The notes under the pieces: model-generated
The model's input: only the letters and a program-made list of their open reading frames with translations
What the model was told of the DNA's origin: nothing
Database searches by the model: none
Program-made: the position numbers and the translations under genes
Shown: one piece after another, positions 8,607-18,120 of the stretch
How the letters are laid out: each line of letters opens with the position of its first letter
Position numbering within the stretch: the first letter of the stretch is position 1
Source: an uncultured virus (IMG/VR IMGVR_UViG_3300005098_000001)
Taxonomy: Duplodnaviria > Heunggongvirae > Uroviricota > Caudoviricetes
Virus record (IMG/VR): IMGVR_UViG_3300005098_000001
Length of the DNA stretch: 64,000 bases
Reading direction: 5' to 3' (one strand)

Positions 8607-9474
8607 AGCTTTGAACCCCCTTTTGTTCTATTGGAATTTCTTTTTGAGTTTTAGCATTTTCAGGATGTAATTTCAAATCTGGCTTTATATTTTGAATTTC
8701 TGTTTTTGAAACCCTTAGAGCAATTCCATGAAGCCATGGTTTGGATTGTGGTTCTGTGAAATTTCTGGCCCAACCTGTTCCACCTCCACCAGATCCACCG
8801 TGATTTCCTCTTATATAAGAATGAGTATATGCTAGTCCTAGTCCAAGTGTAGAACTTCTTACACGAAAATCAGATCCTGCTTTTAAAAGGAATAATACAT
8901 TTCCACCTAGCCTTACTGTATCAATTACCGCTTGAGCAAAACAATCAATGGTAGTTTCTGTTCCTTTTGCGTATGTAATTATAGGGCCTATTAATTCGTA
9001 TTTTATTCCTTCAAGTTGTCTACTAGAAGTTACTACTTTTATCCTTTTTGATCTTTCTTCCGGAGAAAGAATTTTTCTTTTATCAATTCTAATAGTTGTA
9101 AGCCTTTTATGAGTCATTCTTTTTGTTTGAATTTTTCTTATTATATCAATAAGCCCTTTACTATTAGATTTTACCTTTCTTTTCCTAATCCTTATTGCTT
9201 CCTCTGGAGCCCAAGTATCTTTTATTCTTAAAATTTGTAATAATAACCCAGTTGCAATATTGTAAGTTTCTTTTTGAGCTCCAAAATAAGGTTCAGTATC
9301 AGGAATAGGGTACATCCCTGGAGGGGGATAATTATGAGGGAAGATATATTGATTGGGTATTAGTACATTCATTTCATTCTTTACACTACTTTGCATGGAA
9401 ATTCCCTCTTCCCCCTTAACATTTGCAATTAATATTACTAATAAAATTAGTATTAAAATTAAATTCTTTTTCAT
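8596..9474 (-). CDS. Secreted/exported hypothetical protein
   Basis: Signal peptide MKKNLILILILLVILIANVKG; AGGAG RBS. Confidence 0.65.
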   Translation of the reverse strand: MKKNLILILILLVILIANVKGEEGISMQSSVKNEMNVLIPNQYIFPHNYPPPGMYPIPDTEPYFGAQKETYNIATGLLLQILRIKDTWAPEEAIRIRKRKVKSNSKGLIDIIRKIQTKRMTHKRLTTIRIDKRKILSPEERSKRIKVVTSSRQLEGIKYELIGPIITYAKGTETTIDCFAQAVIDTVRLGGNVLFLLKAGSDFRVRSSTLGLGLAYTHSYIRGNHGGSGGGGTGWARNFTEPQSKPWLHGIALRVSKTEIQNIKPDLKLHPENAKTQKEIPIEQKGVQSYEK

Positions 9475-9533
9475 TTTCTCATCTCCTGAAAAAAAATTTT
9501 AAAAAAAGTGGAGAGGACAGCGGCTTTATTTAA

Positions 9534-9965
9534 TTAATGTGCATACACGTTTGTATAACTCATTGAAGAGCCACATACCTGAATATGTGAACACCAGAAT
9601 GGCAGAGGAATTACTACATTCAAATATGTATTACTTTCAAATATACCTTCACCACCTATATGATTGCCAGTCCTGCATAAAGTTGCCTCAGCTATTGTAC
9701 TTCCACCTATTCCTACAAAGTCCATATAAGTACTTTTTAGCTCACAAGCATTTTCAATCTTTAGATCATCACCACATACCACTCTCTCGTGGGTTCCGGT
9801 TACTTTATAGTTTTCTGTAAAACCTTCAAAGGCCTGTACCTGCCAGGAGGATTGCCCTTCAATTATAATCTCATCACTAATTCCACAAGCATTGGCTTTA
9901 AGAACACTTATTGTGAGAATAAAAGTAAAAATTAATAACATTGAAAAACTAAACTTCTTTAACAT
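9534..9965 (-). CDS. Secreted beta-rich hypothetical protein
   Basis: Signal peptide ending ANA; AAGGAGG RBS; own promoter. Confidence 0.7.
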   Translation of the reverse strand: MLKKFSFSMLLIFTFILTISVLKANACGISDEIIIEGQSSWQVQAFEGFTENYKVTGTHERVVCGDDLKIENACELKSTYMDFVGIGGSTIAEATLCRTGNHIGGEGIFESNTYLNVVIPLPFWCSHIQVCGSSMSYTNVYAH

Positions 9966-10020
9966 CTTTAACCTCCTTTAAAAAATTTTTTTTGGGCCAC
10001 TGCCCTCTCCTTCTAAAATT

Positions 10021-10049
10021 ATTATAAGAAAAATCATAAAAAATTTCAA
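10021..10049 (-). promoter_or_regulatory. sigma70-type promoter for 9534..9965
   Basis: TTGAAA-17-TATAAT. Confidence 0.7.
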
Positions 10050-10056
10050 ATTAAAA

Positions 10057-10473
10057 TTATTTGATATTCCATTTTCTTTTTTTATAAAAGTTTCTGATTG
10101 CATCAGCTATAATCTTCCCACTTTTGGCTATTTTATTTTCACATGCATCTTCAATTTTAAATTCTTTAGGGGTATTGACAACAAAAAGAGTACTACACAC
10201 AAATCTAGGACATTTACCTTGTTCAAGAGTTTCCAAGTCTTTTTTTGTAATAAGGCCATCTTCGATATCTCTATATAATCTACATTCATTAGGACCACTA
10301 ACACAATTAGAGCAGATTGTTTTAAAGAATTCCATAGCTTCTGCATGTTTTGGACAAAGTAAAGGTTCTTCTGGATCTAGTGTTTTGTAGTAAGAAGACC
10401 AACCAGGAATTTCAACAGAAATACTTTCTATTTCGTCACATAAGAGACATCTAAAATTCATCTTTACTTTCAT
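10057..10473 (-). CDS. Cys-rich hypothetical protein
   Basis: CLLC, CPKH, CSNC..C; GGAGGG RBS. Confidence 0.6.
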   Translation of the reverse strand: MKVKMNFRCLLCDEIESISVEIPGWSSYYKTLDPEEPLLCPKHAEAMEFFKTICSNCVSGPNECRLYRDIEDGLITKKDLETLEQGKCPRFVCSTLFVVNTPKEFKIEDACENKIAKSGKIIADAIRNFYKKRKWNIK

Positions 10474-10515
10474 CCTTTCCCTCCTTTGATTCTTTTATCT
10501 TTTATCATATTATTT

Positions 10516-11190
10516 TTAATCTTTTTTCTTATAGTCCTCAATACATACAGCGATTGGAACTGGATCTTTTAAAGCAATTTCCAAAGGATCTTTTCCTTCT
10601 AGTTCTTCTAAAACTTGTTCTCTTGATTTTTTATGAATGTAATATTGTCCTTTTGGTTTTCCATTTTTGAAGTCTTCTAAAAATTTCTTAATATCAAATT
10701 TTCTAAATCCTTGCTGGAAAGTAAGAAGCTTAACTGTTATAGGTTTTTCGAGAAGGACTAAATCTCCTCCAATCATAGCTTTATCTGCTTTTTCTAACCT
10801 TTCTGCAATTTCTGAAATTCTTACGCCTTTCTTAATTAATGCAATTCCTGTCACGTAGTATTCACCACATTGCCTTTTGATGGGATTTCCTCCTGTAGCT
10901 TCAAAATTCATGATTAAATCAGAACATTTTTGCAATAACCCTTGAGCTGTGATGTTTGAAATTTTGAAATATCCAAAGATCTTTGCTGAATTCTTTCTAT
11001 TTCCTTGAGCAAGGAGAACTATATCCCCCCAATTCATTTTCCTTAGTAAATTAAGGGAAACTCTTCTTGAAACTCCATACTTCTTTGCCTCTTTAGAGAA
11101 TTTAGAAATTGAATAATAGTAAGAACCTATAAAATGGAGCCAAAATTTTCTTCCTTCTTTTTCATATTTTTCTAATTCTTTTAAATTCAT
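10516..11190 (-). CDS. Hypothetical protein, possibly PUA/EVE-like N-terminal domain
   Basis: Start moved to MNLKELE (AGGAGG RBS) because the track start at 11325 lies inside a promoter. LRKMNWGDIVLL..KIFGYFKI pattern. Confidence 0.55.
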   Translation of the reverse strand: MNLKELEKYEKEGRKFWLHFIGSYYYSISKFSKEAKKYGVSRRVSLNLLRKMNWGDIVLLAQGNRKNSAKIFGYFKISNITAQGLLQKCSDLIMNFEATGGNPIKRQCGEYYVTGIALIKKGVRISEIAERLEKADKAMIGGDLVLLEKPITVKLLTFQQGFRKFDIKKFLEDFKNGKPKGQYYIHKKSREQVLEELEGKDPLEIALKDPVPIAVCIEDYKKKD

Positions 11191-11313
11191 TTTTTGCCTC
11201 CTTTCAAAATTACTTAAAATTTCACAGTTTTGAGGATTATCATTACCAAAGTAAAATGAAAATTCTTTAATCTTTAAAGGTGATGTTGTTTTTTCTCTCT
11301 TCATCTTAAGTAT

Positions 11314-11342
11314 ATTATAGTACATATCATGGAAAATGTAAA
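11314..11342 (-). promoter_or_regulatory. Conserved phage promoter, copy 3
   Basis: TTTACA-17-TATAAT with ATGATATGTAC. Confidence 0.8.
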
Positions 11343-11388
11343 TACTTTTTTTTAAAAATTTTTCATTTTTTTTTGCTTTACAAGAATT

Positions 11389-11673
11389 TTACTGTTTTTG
11401 TATATTGATTTCCTGTATATCTTCTCTCACGATTCTTTCTACACAATATAGGAGTGCCAAAAGTCTACTGGTTAGTAAATCATTCATAGAGTATCTTAGA
11501 ATCATACTTTGAAAAATACTAATCATCTTTAAAAATAACTCTTTAGAAGTACAAGTACGAGAAGTAATATAAATTCCTGGTCTATCTCCTTCCCAAGCCA
11601 TTAAAACCCATGTTTTGTTTTCTAATAATTTGTTAATTTTTTCTGCTAAAGTTTTAATTCCTTCTTCATTCAT
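11389..11673 (-). CDS. Hypothetical protein
   Basis: ORF with AGGT RBS. Confidence 0.5.
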   Translation of the reverse strand: MNEEGIKTLAEKINKLLENKTWVLMAWEGDRPGIYITSRTCTSKELFLKMISIFQSMILRYSMNDLLTSRLLALLYCVERIVREDIQEINIQKQ

Positions 11674-11707
11674 TTTAACTTACCTACAAAGTTTATTATT
11701 AAATTTT

Positions 11708-11923
11708 TTAATCATCCAAATTAAATTTTTCTGCCATTTCACTCGTCAAATCTCCATGCCAAGGACCTTTGTCAGGTATAGAAATAGCTTGTCTAAACCT
11801 ACATGGAATCTTCTTTTCCTCTGAGCATAAATCCATACAATAGGCTTGTTTATTTATGACAACACGACATTCACAGTTTAAATATTCATTTTCTGGATTT
11901 AATAAACACAAGTATTTTGTCAT
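11708..11923 (-). CDS. Cys-rich hypothetical protein
   Basis: Strong GGAGGGAGGAG RBS. Confidence 0.55.
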   Translation of the reverse strand: MTKYLCLLNPENEYLNCECRVVINKQAYCMDLCSEEKKIPCRFRQAISIPDKGPWHGDLTSEMAEKFNLDD

Positions 11924-12070
11924 TCTACTCCTCCCTCCTTAAATTTTTTATTATATTGATGACTTTGGATTTCAAATTTAAAAGATCTTCTAAATCATCC
12001 AAAGTCCATTGAGTATTATCTAAGATATAATTTATTTTTTCTATCATTAAGGAATTCCAATATATTAAAG

Positions 12071-12745
12071 TTATTGGATCTTCCATCTCCTAATTGTTGC
12101 ATTTTTAAGTTTTAAATCAATCTCAGTCCATGAACAACTATCCCAAAAATCCCCACAATCAATTAAAAATTGTTTTGTCTCAATTATGTGTTTTGAAGCA
12201 TAATGAGTATGACCAATTACAAGATTTAAATTTCTATTTTTTTCTAAAAAAGTGTAGCAATTTGAGTAAATTGAAGCAATATGTTTTTTCCATTTTTCTC
12301 TTTTCCTAACTTTCCATTCTGAAGGAGTTCTAAAAAAGAAAGGCATAATTTTTTTAAGCCATTTCCATTTAATCCGTTTACAAACCGAATCAAATTGATG
12401 ACCATGTATAAATAGATAATTTTCTATTATAAATTTTTCTCTTACATCAAGAAGTGATTTTTCATAAGCAAATTTAAAAAATTTAGGAGCTATTTTTTCA
12501 AGTTCTGGATCATGGTTTCCTTTTATAAGAATAGTTCTGACTTTGAACATTAGAGTTTCTAGTGAATTTATTAATTCTCTTCCTATCTTACTTTTTTTAA
12601 TATCTTTTTCTGAACATCTAATTAAGTCAAAGATATCTCCTACAATTACTACTAGATCTGCTTTTGCTGGGACAACTTTTATAAAATCAAGAAAGTATCT
12701 ATTGGTAAAAGGAATATGTAAGTCTGAAAATGCTATAATTCTCAT
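12071..12745 (-). CDS. Calcineurin-like metallophosphoesterase (LpxH-like)
   Basis: SDLH, GDIFD, GNHD, HGH and GHTH motifs. Confidence 0.85.
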   Translation of the reverse strand: MRIIAFSDLHIPFTNRYFLDFIKVVPAKADLVVIVGDIFDLIRCSEKDIKKSKIGRELINSLETLMFKVRTILIKGNHDPELEKIAPKFFKFAYEKSLLDVREKFIIENYLFIHGHQFDSVCKRIKWKWLKKIMPFFFRTPSEWKVRKREKWKKHIASIYSNCYTFLEKNRNLNLVIGHTHYASKHIIETKQFLIDCGDFWDSCSWTEIDLKLKNATIRRWKIQ

Positions 12746-13209
12746 GCCAAAAATATATGATTTCCTATAATTTCAGTTACTATTAAACCTTTAGCCCAAT
12801 AAGGAATTTTTGATCTTTTAGAGAAATAATACAAAGCACCTTTTGTTACATCCTCTATACCTTGCATTACAGCTGAAGCGGCTAAATAGCAATCATATAA
12901 AGAATAATAAATCTTATTTAGTTCTTTGATTCTTTCTTCCAATCTTTCAGAATTTAATCCTTCAATTTTTTTGGCAATATAATAGATTTTTAAATAATTA
13001 GGATCACTTTCATTAAAACAACTAAATTGATAAGGTTTTAAAATTTCCTTTTTATAACTAGAGTGATTATTAATAACTCTATTTCTTACAACACAACCTA
13101 CGGCTATTTTTCCTATTAATCCTTCACCTCTAGCCTCGCCCCAAATACATAGTGTAAGTAAAGCTATTTCGGTTAATTTTGTGAAATTCATTCTAGACCT
13201 CCTATCCAC
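12742..13209 (-). CDS. Cell-wall hydrolase, SleB/Hydrolase_2 family (endolysin candidate)
   Basis: GEARGE..VVRNRV..QFSCFN..ALYYF..IGNHIF. Confidence 0.85.
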   Translation of the reverse strand: MDRRSRMNFTKLTEIALLTLCIWGEARGEGLIGKIAVGCVVRNRVINNHSSYKKEILKPYQFSCFNESDPNYLKIYYIAKKIEGLNSERLEERIKELNKIYYSLYDCYLAASAVMQGIEDVTKGALYYFSKRSKIPYWAKGLIVTEIIGNHIFLA

Positions 13210-13939
13210 AAATTAGATAGAGTCTAAAATTATCTGGCACATCAAAAATCTTCCCATTTTGAGGTTCAATCATATAGATCTTTGAACCATCACAGCAACT
13301 TTCTAAAGCATGACCATATAATTTTCCATCTACCTCCAATATTACCCACGTAATGAAGATGGCCTGATTTACTGTAGATTGCCATTTAGGAATATTTGGA
13401 TCATAATGTAGATATCCCATTAATGCAAAAGCATAATCATCACAATCATGTTCTTCAACCTCATATTTAAGTTGGTAGGTCTTGCTTTTCTTTAGGAGAA
13501 TATCAATCTGGTCGATATTTGCAATTTCATATTTCTGATCAGAGAAAAGCCAGTTTCTATTTATATCACATATAGATATATCTTTAAAACATTTTCTATA
13601 AATTTCCTGTATTTCCTCCGCTTCAATAGTTATATTTCCTTTTACAGTTAGATCTGTTGTAAATTTATATTCATAAGTTCCCTCAAGTCCCTCAAGTTTA
13701 AGAGAGGCCTTATATATTCCTTCTTTAGAAGGAGCCATAAAACTTCCTTTAACATTGACAATTCCTTTTGGGGGGACTTTGTCTGGTTCAAATTTTAACA
13801 TCAATTCATTTTTAATTTCATTTTCTTCTGCGATCTTTAAAACAAGGTCTCTAGGGGCAAGTCTGATATGAGTAATATTTCCATCAATCAATACTTGAAT
13901 AAATTTTTTTCCTTCAATTAAAACTTTTCTTGGATACAT
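13202..13939 (-). CDS. Papain/transglutaminase-like protein (Agglutinin_C-like C-terminus)
   Basis: DCDDYA..GHA..IEPQ Cys-His-acid pattern. Confidence 0.6.
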   Translation of the reverse strand: MYPRKVLIEGKKFIQVLIDGNITHIRLAPRDLVLKIAEENEIKNELMLKFEPDKVPPKGIVNVKGSFMAPSKEGIYKASLKLEGLEGTYEYKFTTDLTVKGNITIEAEEIQEIYRKCFKDISICDINRNWLFSDQKYEIANIDQIDILLKKSKTYQLKYEVEEHDCDDYAFALMGYLHYDPNIPKWQSTVNQAIFITWVILEVDGKLYGHALESCCDGSKIYMIEPQNGKIFDVPDNFRLYLICG

Positions 13940-13949
13940 TCTTTACCTC

Positions 13950-14360
13950 CTAAAATTCAAAATTTTCTAGTTTATAGAACTTTCTTCTAATGATTTTTCC
14001 AATAGGAAGAAATTTGGTTCCAAGGAGTTGAAATATATCTATTAGACCAGATTTTCTTTTGATCCAAACTTGTATTAGGTCTTCTGAATTCCAGATATTT
14101 CCAAGTTGAAGAAATTCCTTTAATCTTTTTTCTAAATTTGGATTTAAACTTGCTTGAATCCAAATTGTTGGTTTTTTCTCTTTTTTAGCAATTAAATCAA
14201 TACAACCAAATATATCATTTCTTTGGCTAATATAACTTTTTCCTATTAATTTTCCTATTGGTTTTTGATTATGAACTACCCAATTTTTTTCTTCTAAAAA
14301 TTTTTTGATCCAATCTTGAAAATCCATTCCCTTTTTTCTTTTATTAATGGATTTTCTCAT
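13950..14360 (-). CDS. PD-(D/E)xK Holliday-junction resolvase-like nuclease
   Basis: KGMDFQ..DIFGCIDLIA..IQA. Confidence 0.6.
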   Translation of the reverse strand: MRKSINKRKKGMDFQDWIKKFLEEKNWVVHNQKPIGKLIGKSYISQRNDIFGCIDLIAKKEKKPTIWIQASLNPNLEKRLKEFLQLGNIWNSEDLIQVWIKRKSGLIDIFQLLGTKFLPIGKIIRRKFYKLENFEF

Positions 14361-14652
14361 TCGATGGCTGAAGCTTAATATTTCTTTCTAGGTCTGTTAA
14401 TGGAATATTATTAATTAAAAATTTGGTTTCTCTTTTATTCAATCTAAGAGCAAATTTCCCGAATGTGACAAAAAAGTTATTTATCTTATATTTTCTGGCC
14501 TTGTCTAGTGCAGATTCTAAGGTTTTAACAAAAAGAACTTTTTCTACTTCATCGAATAGATAGAAAGTAAACCTATCTTTTGGACAATTAATTGCATACT
14601 TTCCTGGACTAATTTCTATGATTTCTGCGAAATTACTTCTTGCAATAATCAT
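14344..14652 (-). CDS. Hypothetical protein
   Basis: Coupled ORF. Confidence 0.5.
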   Translation of the reverse strand: MIIARSNFAEIIEISPGKYAINCPKDRFTFYLFDEVEKVLFVKTLESALDKARKYKINNFFVTFGKFALRLNKRETKFLINNIPLTDLERNIKLQPSNEKIH

Positions 14653-15050
14653 AATAAAGTAATAAATCTTGTCATATATGGGACTACTTTCTTAATTATA
14701 TCCTCAGAAACAAGATAAGTAAATCTTAGCCATAATCCTAATAAAGCACCTTTTTCAGAAGAAGTGAGATCTTCGGGCTTTTTACCTTTCGTAATAGAAT
14801 CAATTTGATCTAAAATTTTATAGGCTTCAGCAGGGAGTTTTTCTTTGTCTGCTCCAAGAGCATTCTTCCAAAAAGCACTAGAAAATTCACTATGAGTACA
14901 AAGGACTTCAGCCAAACTTTCTGCTTGAATCATCATTTTATTATATTCTTTCTGTAGCTTTGAAATATTTTTCGGTATTTTAGAACAACCATATAGTATC
15001 AGACTTAAAATGACCATGACTACAAAAATAATAATTAGATATTTTTCCAC
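14649..15050 (-). CDS. Lipoprotein
   Basis: Hydrophobic leader ending in an LYGC lipobox. Confidence 0.6.
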   Translation of the reverse strand: MEKYLIIIFVVMVILSLILYGCSKIPKNISKLQKEYNKMMIQAESLAEVLCTHSEFSSAFWKNALGADKEKLPAEAYKILDQIDSITKGKKPEDLTSSEKGALLGLWLRFTYLVSEDIIKKVVPYMTRFITLL

Positions 15051-15232
15051 TTCTCTTCACCTCCTTCTTCATAATAAAATATTCCTTTTATTTTTGCTTT
15101 TTTTACTCTATCTAAGACATATTCAAATTTTGCTTGATTTTCATTTGGTAATTTTATAACTTTAGTTTTTGTAACTTTCACAAAATTTCTAATTTTTTCT
15201 GATTCTCCCTCAAATAATATTAGAATTAACAC
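15035..15232 (-). CDS. Hypothetical protein
   Basis: First gene of the leftward operon, divergent from the portal. Confidence 0.5.
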   Translation of the reverse strand: MLILILFEGESEKIRNFVKVTKTKVIKLPNENQAKFEYVLDRVKKAKIKGIFYYEEGGEEKWKNI

Positions 15233-15308
15233 CTTTCAGTATTATTATAAATTAATTGCAAAAAATCTCAACTTTTAATCAACTATTGACTGATTTATAA
15301 TATTTAAA

Positions 15309-17240
15309 ATGAAAACTAAAGTTCCTAGAGAGATAGAAGAGGTTATTAAAAAAAGTGGTTTAAAAAATATCTTTGAATCCTTCCTAGATGAAATTACAGA
15401 AAAGAAGCCTTCTCAAGCAGAACTTTGCCGTCATGCAGGGATTCTTTCTAGATTTATTCCTTCTTATTATGGAGAATTTAATCCGGATGATATTACAATA
15501 GATACTTATGACAAAATGAAAAGGAATCCTCAGATTGCAGCAGGCTTGAAATGTATTAAGTATCCAATTTATTCTTTGAATTGGACTGTTAAATCAGATA
15601 GTAGTGAAGTAAAAGAATTTATTCACATGTGTTTAGATAGATTAAAGAAGGGATTAGTAGAATCTAGCCTTACTGCCGTTGAATATGGGTTTTCTGCTCA
15701 TGAAATTGTTTGGAAAAAAATAGATAATTTTTTTATACCAAAGAAGATTAAAAGTCTCCATCCTCGTTATATCAATATAAAAATTGATGATAAAGATAAT
15801 TTTAGAGGAATTGTCCAAACTTGGATGGGGCAAAATATCCACGTACTTCCTAATAAATGTTTTCTCTTTACTCACGATAAAGGAGAAAGTTTTGGAAATT
15901 TATTTGGCATTTCTAGATTAAAACCTGCTTATGAACCTTGGTATTGGTGGTGCATTTTGATTCAATTTATGATGAAATATTTTGAAAGGAGAGGAATTCC
16001 TGCAACTGTCGTAAAGTTTCCTCCTGGAAAAACAAAAGAAGGAACATCTACTGCAGATATTGCAATAGAAGTAGGAAAAGCAATTCAATCCGAAGCAGTT
16101 GCTGCACTTCCTTCTGTATGTTGGGAAACTTATAGTAGACCTGAGCCAAAATGGGATATTAAATTTTTAGAGGAGCAAAAAAGAGGCGATATGTTTCTAC
16201 AGCCCTTGATCTCATTAGAAGCAAAAATGCTCAGGGCAATGTTTGTTCCTGAAAGAGTAATAACCCAAGATACACTTGCAAAAACTGGTTCTTATTCTTT
16301 ATCGAAAGTTCATGCTGATATGTTTTTATTAGGTGAAGAAGGTCTAGCTACTTCATTAGAAGATCAAATCAATAAGTATATTGTTAGAAGAATTGTACAA
16401 TTTAATTTTGGAAATAAAGTTTCTGCAAGTATAGAAATAGAAAGGCTTACAGAAGCAAGAAAGGAATTTTTAAAAGATGTTTTTATGGAAATGATGAAAA
16501 CTGGAGATGCTAAACCTGCTGCGAGAGCAATTGCTGAAACATTAGGACTTCCAATGGAACCCGAAGAAACTACTAAATCAGAAACTTTAACAGGACCTAA
16601 AACTGAAAGTATTGAACTTCAAGAAAAAAGATGGTGGAGAGATACTAATGATTTTGAAGATGAAAGGATTTTAATAGAGATTGAAGATACTTTAGATTCA
16701 GAAAAGGATAAACTAGAGAATAAACTTATAAATATAATCAATGATGTTGAAGAAAGAGTAGTTTCAAAATTAGATACATTATTAAAATCAGATGGAGATT
16801 TGACTGGTTTATGGTATAGAGAAATTAAAACTATTACTCCAGAAGGAAAAGAAAAAATAGAAAGAATAATTTGGGAACCAAGAAGATCAGATATAAAGAA
16901 ATTATTATTAGACAAGATTAAGACATTTTATCTTTTCGGGCAAGAGACGGCTTTAAGAGAATTAAAAATTAAAGGAGATATAAAGCTTGATAAAAGATAT
17001 TGGAACAAATTAAATATGAGAATTCAAAGCATTTTAGATGAAATTTATTCAGATATGAGATATAAAACTAACCTAGTTATTTCAGAAACTTTAGATAATA
17101 CTTCACTTATTCCAAAGGTTAGAGGAGTTTTTTCGAAAATAAGAAATAAGAAAATACCAACAATTTCAGATACAGAGTTAATGGTTGCATTAAATACTGG
17201 AAGAAAACAGATTATGGATTACTATGCAACTGCAGAATAA
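15309..17240 (+). CDS. Portal protein (DUF935/Mu gp29-like) with a MuF-like C-terminal extension
   Basis: YGFSAHEIVW, GNLFGISRL..AY, FERRGIP, GSYSLSKVH motifs; extension ends DTELMVALNTGR. Confidence 0.88.
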   Translation: MKTKVPREIEEVIKKSGLKNIFESFLDEITEKKPSQAELCRHAGILSRFIPSYYGEFNPDDITIDTYDKMKRNPQIAAGLKCIKYPIYSLNWTVKSDSSEVKEFIHMCLDRLKKGLVESSLTAVEYGFSAHEIVWKKIDNFFIPKKIKSLHPRYINIKIDDKDNFRGIVQTWMGQNIHVLPNKCFLFTHDKGESFGNLFGISRLKPAYEPWYWWCILIQFMMKYFERRGIPATVVKFPPGKTKEGTSTADIAIEVGKAIQSEAVAALPSVCWETYSRPEPKWDIKFLEEQKRGDMFLQPLISLEAKMLRAMFVPERVITQDTLAKTGSYSLSKVHADMFLLGEEGLATSLEDQINKYIVRRIVQFNFGNKVSASIEIERLTEARKEFLKDVFMEMMKTGDAKPAARAIAETLGLPMEPEETTKSETLTGPKTESIELQEKRWWRDTNDFEDERILIEIEDTLDSEKDKLENKLINIINDVEERVVSKLDTLLKSDGDLTGLWYREIKTITPEGKEKIERIIWEPRRSDIKKLLLDKIKTFYLFGQETALRELKIKGDIKLDKRYWNKLNMRIQSILDEIYSDMRYKTNLVISETLDNTSLIPKVRGVFSKIRNKKIPTISDTELMVALNTGRKQIMDYYATAE

Positions 17241-18120
17241 AGTTAGAAAACTAGTAAGAATTCTTCCTACCCAAGTAGGAAAGAGAAGAATTGTGAGATT
17301 TATTTGGAGTGCAATTTTGGACAAGAAAACCTGTCCTCTTTGTAGAAAACTAGATGGAATGGTAATTGATGCTTCAAGTGAGGTGTTTACTAAACTTCAT
17401 CCACCAATACATCAGGGATGTCGATGTCTCTGGATTGGTGTCTGCGGCGAGGATATCCATATTCCTCCTATGTTCCATCCTAAAATATCACCTGATTTAA
17501 TGAAGTATGCAAGTTTAAAAAATAGAGAAGCTAAAGAAAAAGTTCTAAGTATCATATCAAAAAAGCCTCCTGAAATTACAGAAGATGAGTATCTTGATTA
17601 TACATTTAGATATGGAACGTATGGTTGGTCGACAGATCCTAAAGGTAATAATGCATTACTTTTGAGAATGGCTGCTGATAAAGGAGTATTAAATAGAGAT
17701 TATAATTTTGCAGTTTTGCATAAATTGAGAATAAAGGAAATAGAAAAAACTATTAGAGAATTGAAAGAAAAATACAAGGAAGTAGGTTCAGTAATTGAAA
17801 AAGCAGCAAGAAGAATGTATAGTGAAACCCAAAGAGTACTCAAAGGGAAAAGGTTAACTTTATATAGAGGAACTAAGGTTAAAAATCATATTGTAGATTC
17901 TATAAGTTCTTGGACAAGTGACATAAATATAGCAAAAAAATTTGCAGGAAAACGTGGTTATATCATAAAAATAGAAATTGATCCTAAGCATATATTTACA
18001 TCTTATAAGACACATCCGGATTTCTTTTATTATAGAGATGAAAAAGAATATATTGTTTTTGATGAAGCTTTGAAAGATCCTAATACTAAAATAGAAGTTT
18101 TTAAGAGGGAAAAGTTATGA
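17224..18120 (+). CDS. MuF minor head protein fused to an ADP-ribosyltransferase-like domain
   Basis: WSAILDKKTCPLC..PPIHQGCRC (MuF); LYRG..SSWT..EKEY (R-S-E ART motifs). Confidence 0.8.
   Translation: MQLQNKVRKLVRILPTQVGKRRIVRFIWSAILDKKTCPLCRKLDGMVIDASSEVFTKLHPPIHQGCRCLWIGVCGEDIHIPPMFHPKISPDLMKYASLKNREAKEKVLSIISKKPPEITEDEYLDYTFRYGTYGWSTDPKGNNALLLRMAADKGVLNRDYNFAVLHKLRIKEIEKTIRELKEKYKEVGSVIEKAARRMYSETQRVLKGKRLTLYRGTKVKNHIVDSISSWTSDINIAKKFAGKRGYIIKIEIDPKHIFTSYKTHPDFFYYRDEKEYIVFDEALKDPNTKIEVFKREKL

Noticed and set aside
11961..12006. 10-bp inverted repeat GACTTTGGAT/ATCCAAAGTC
   Set aside because: Lies in a probable short ORF, with a long loop and no U-tract; plausibly chance.
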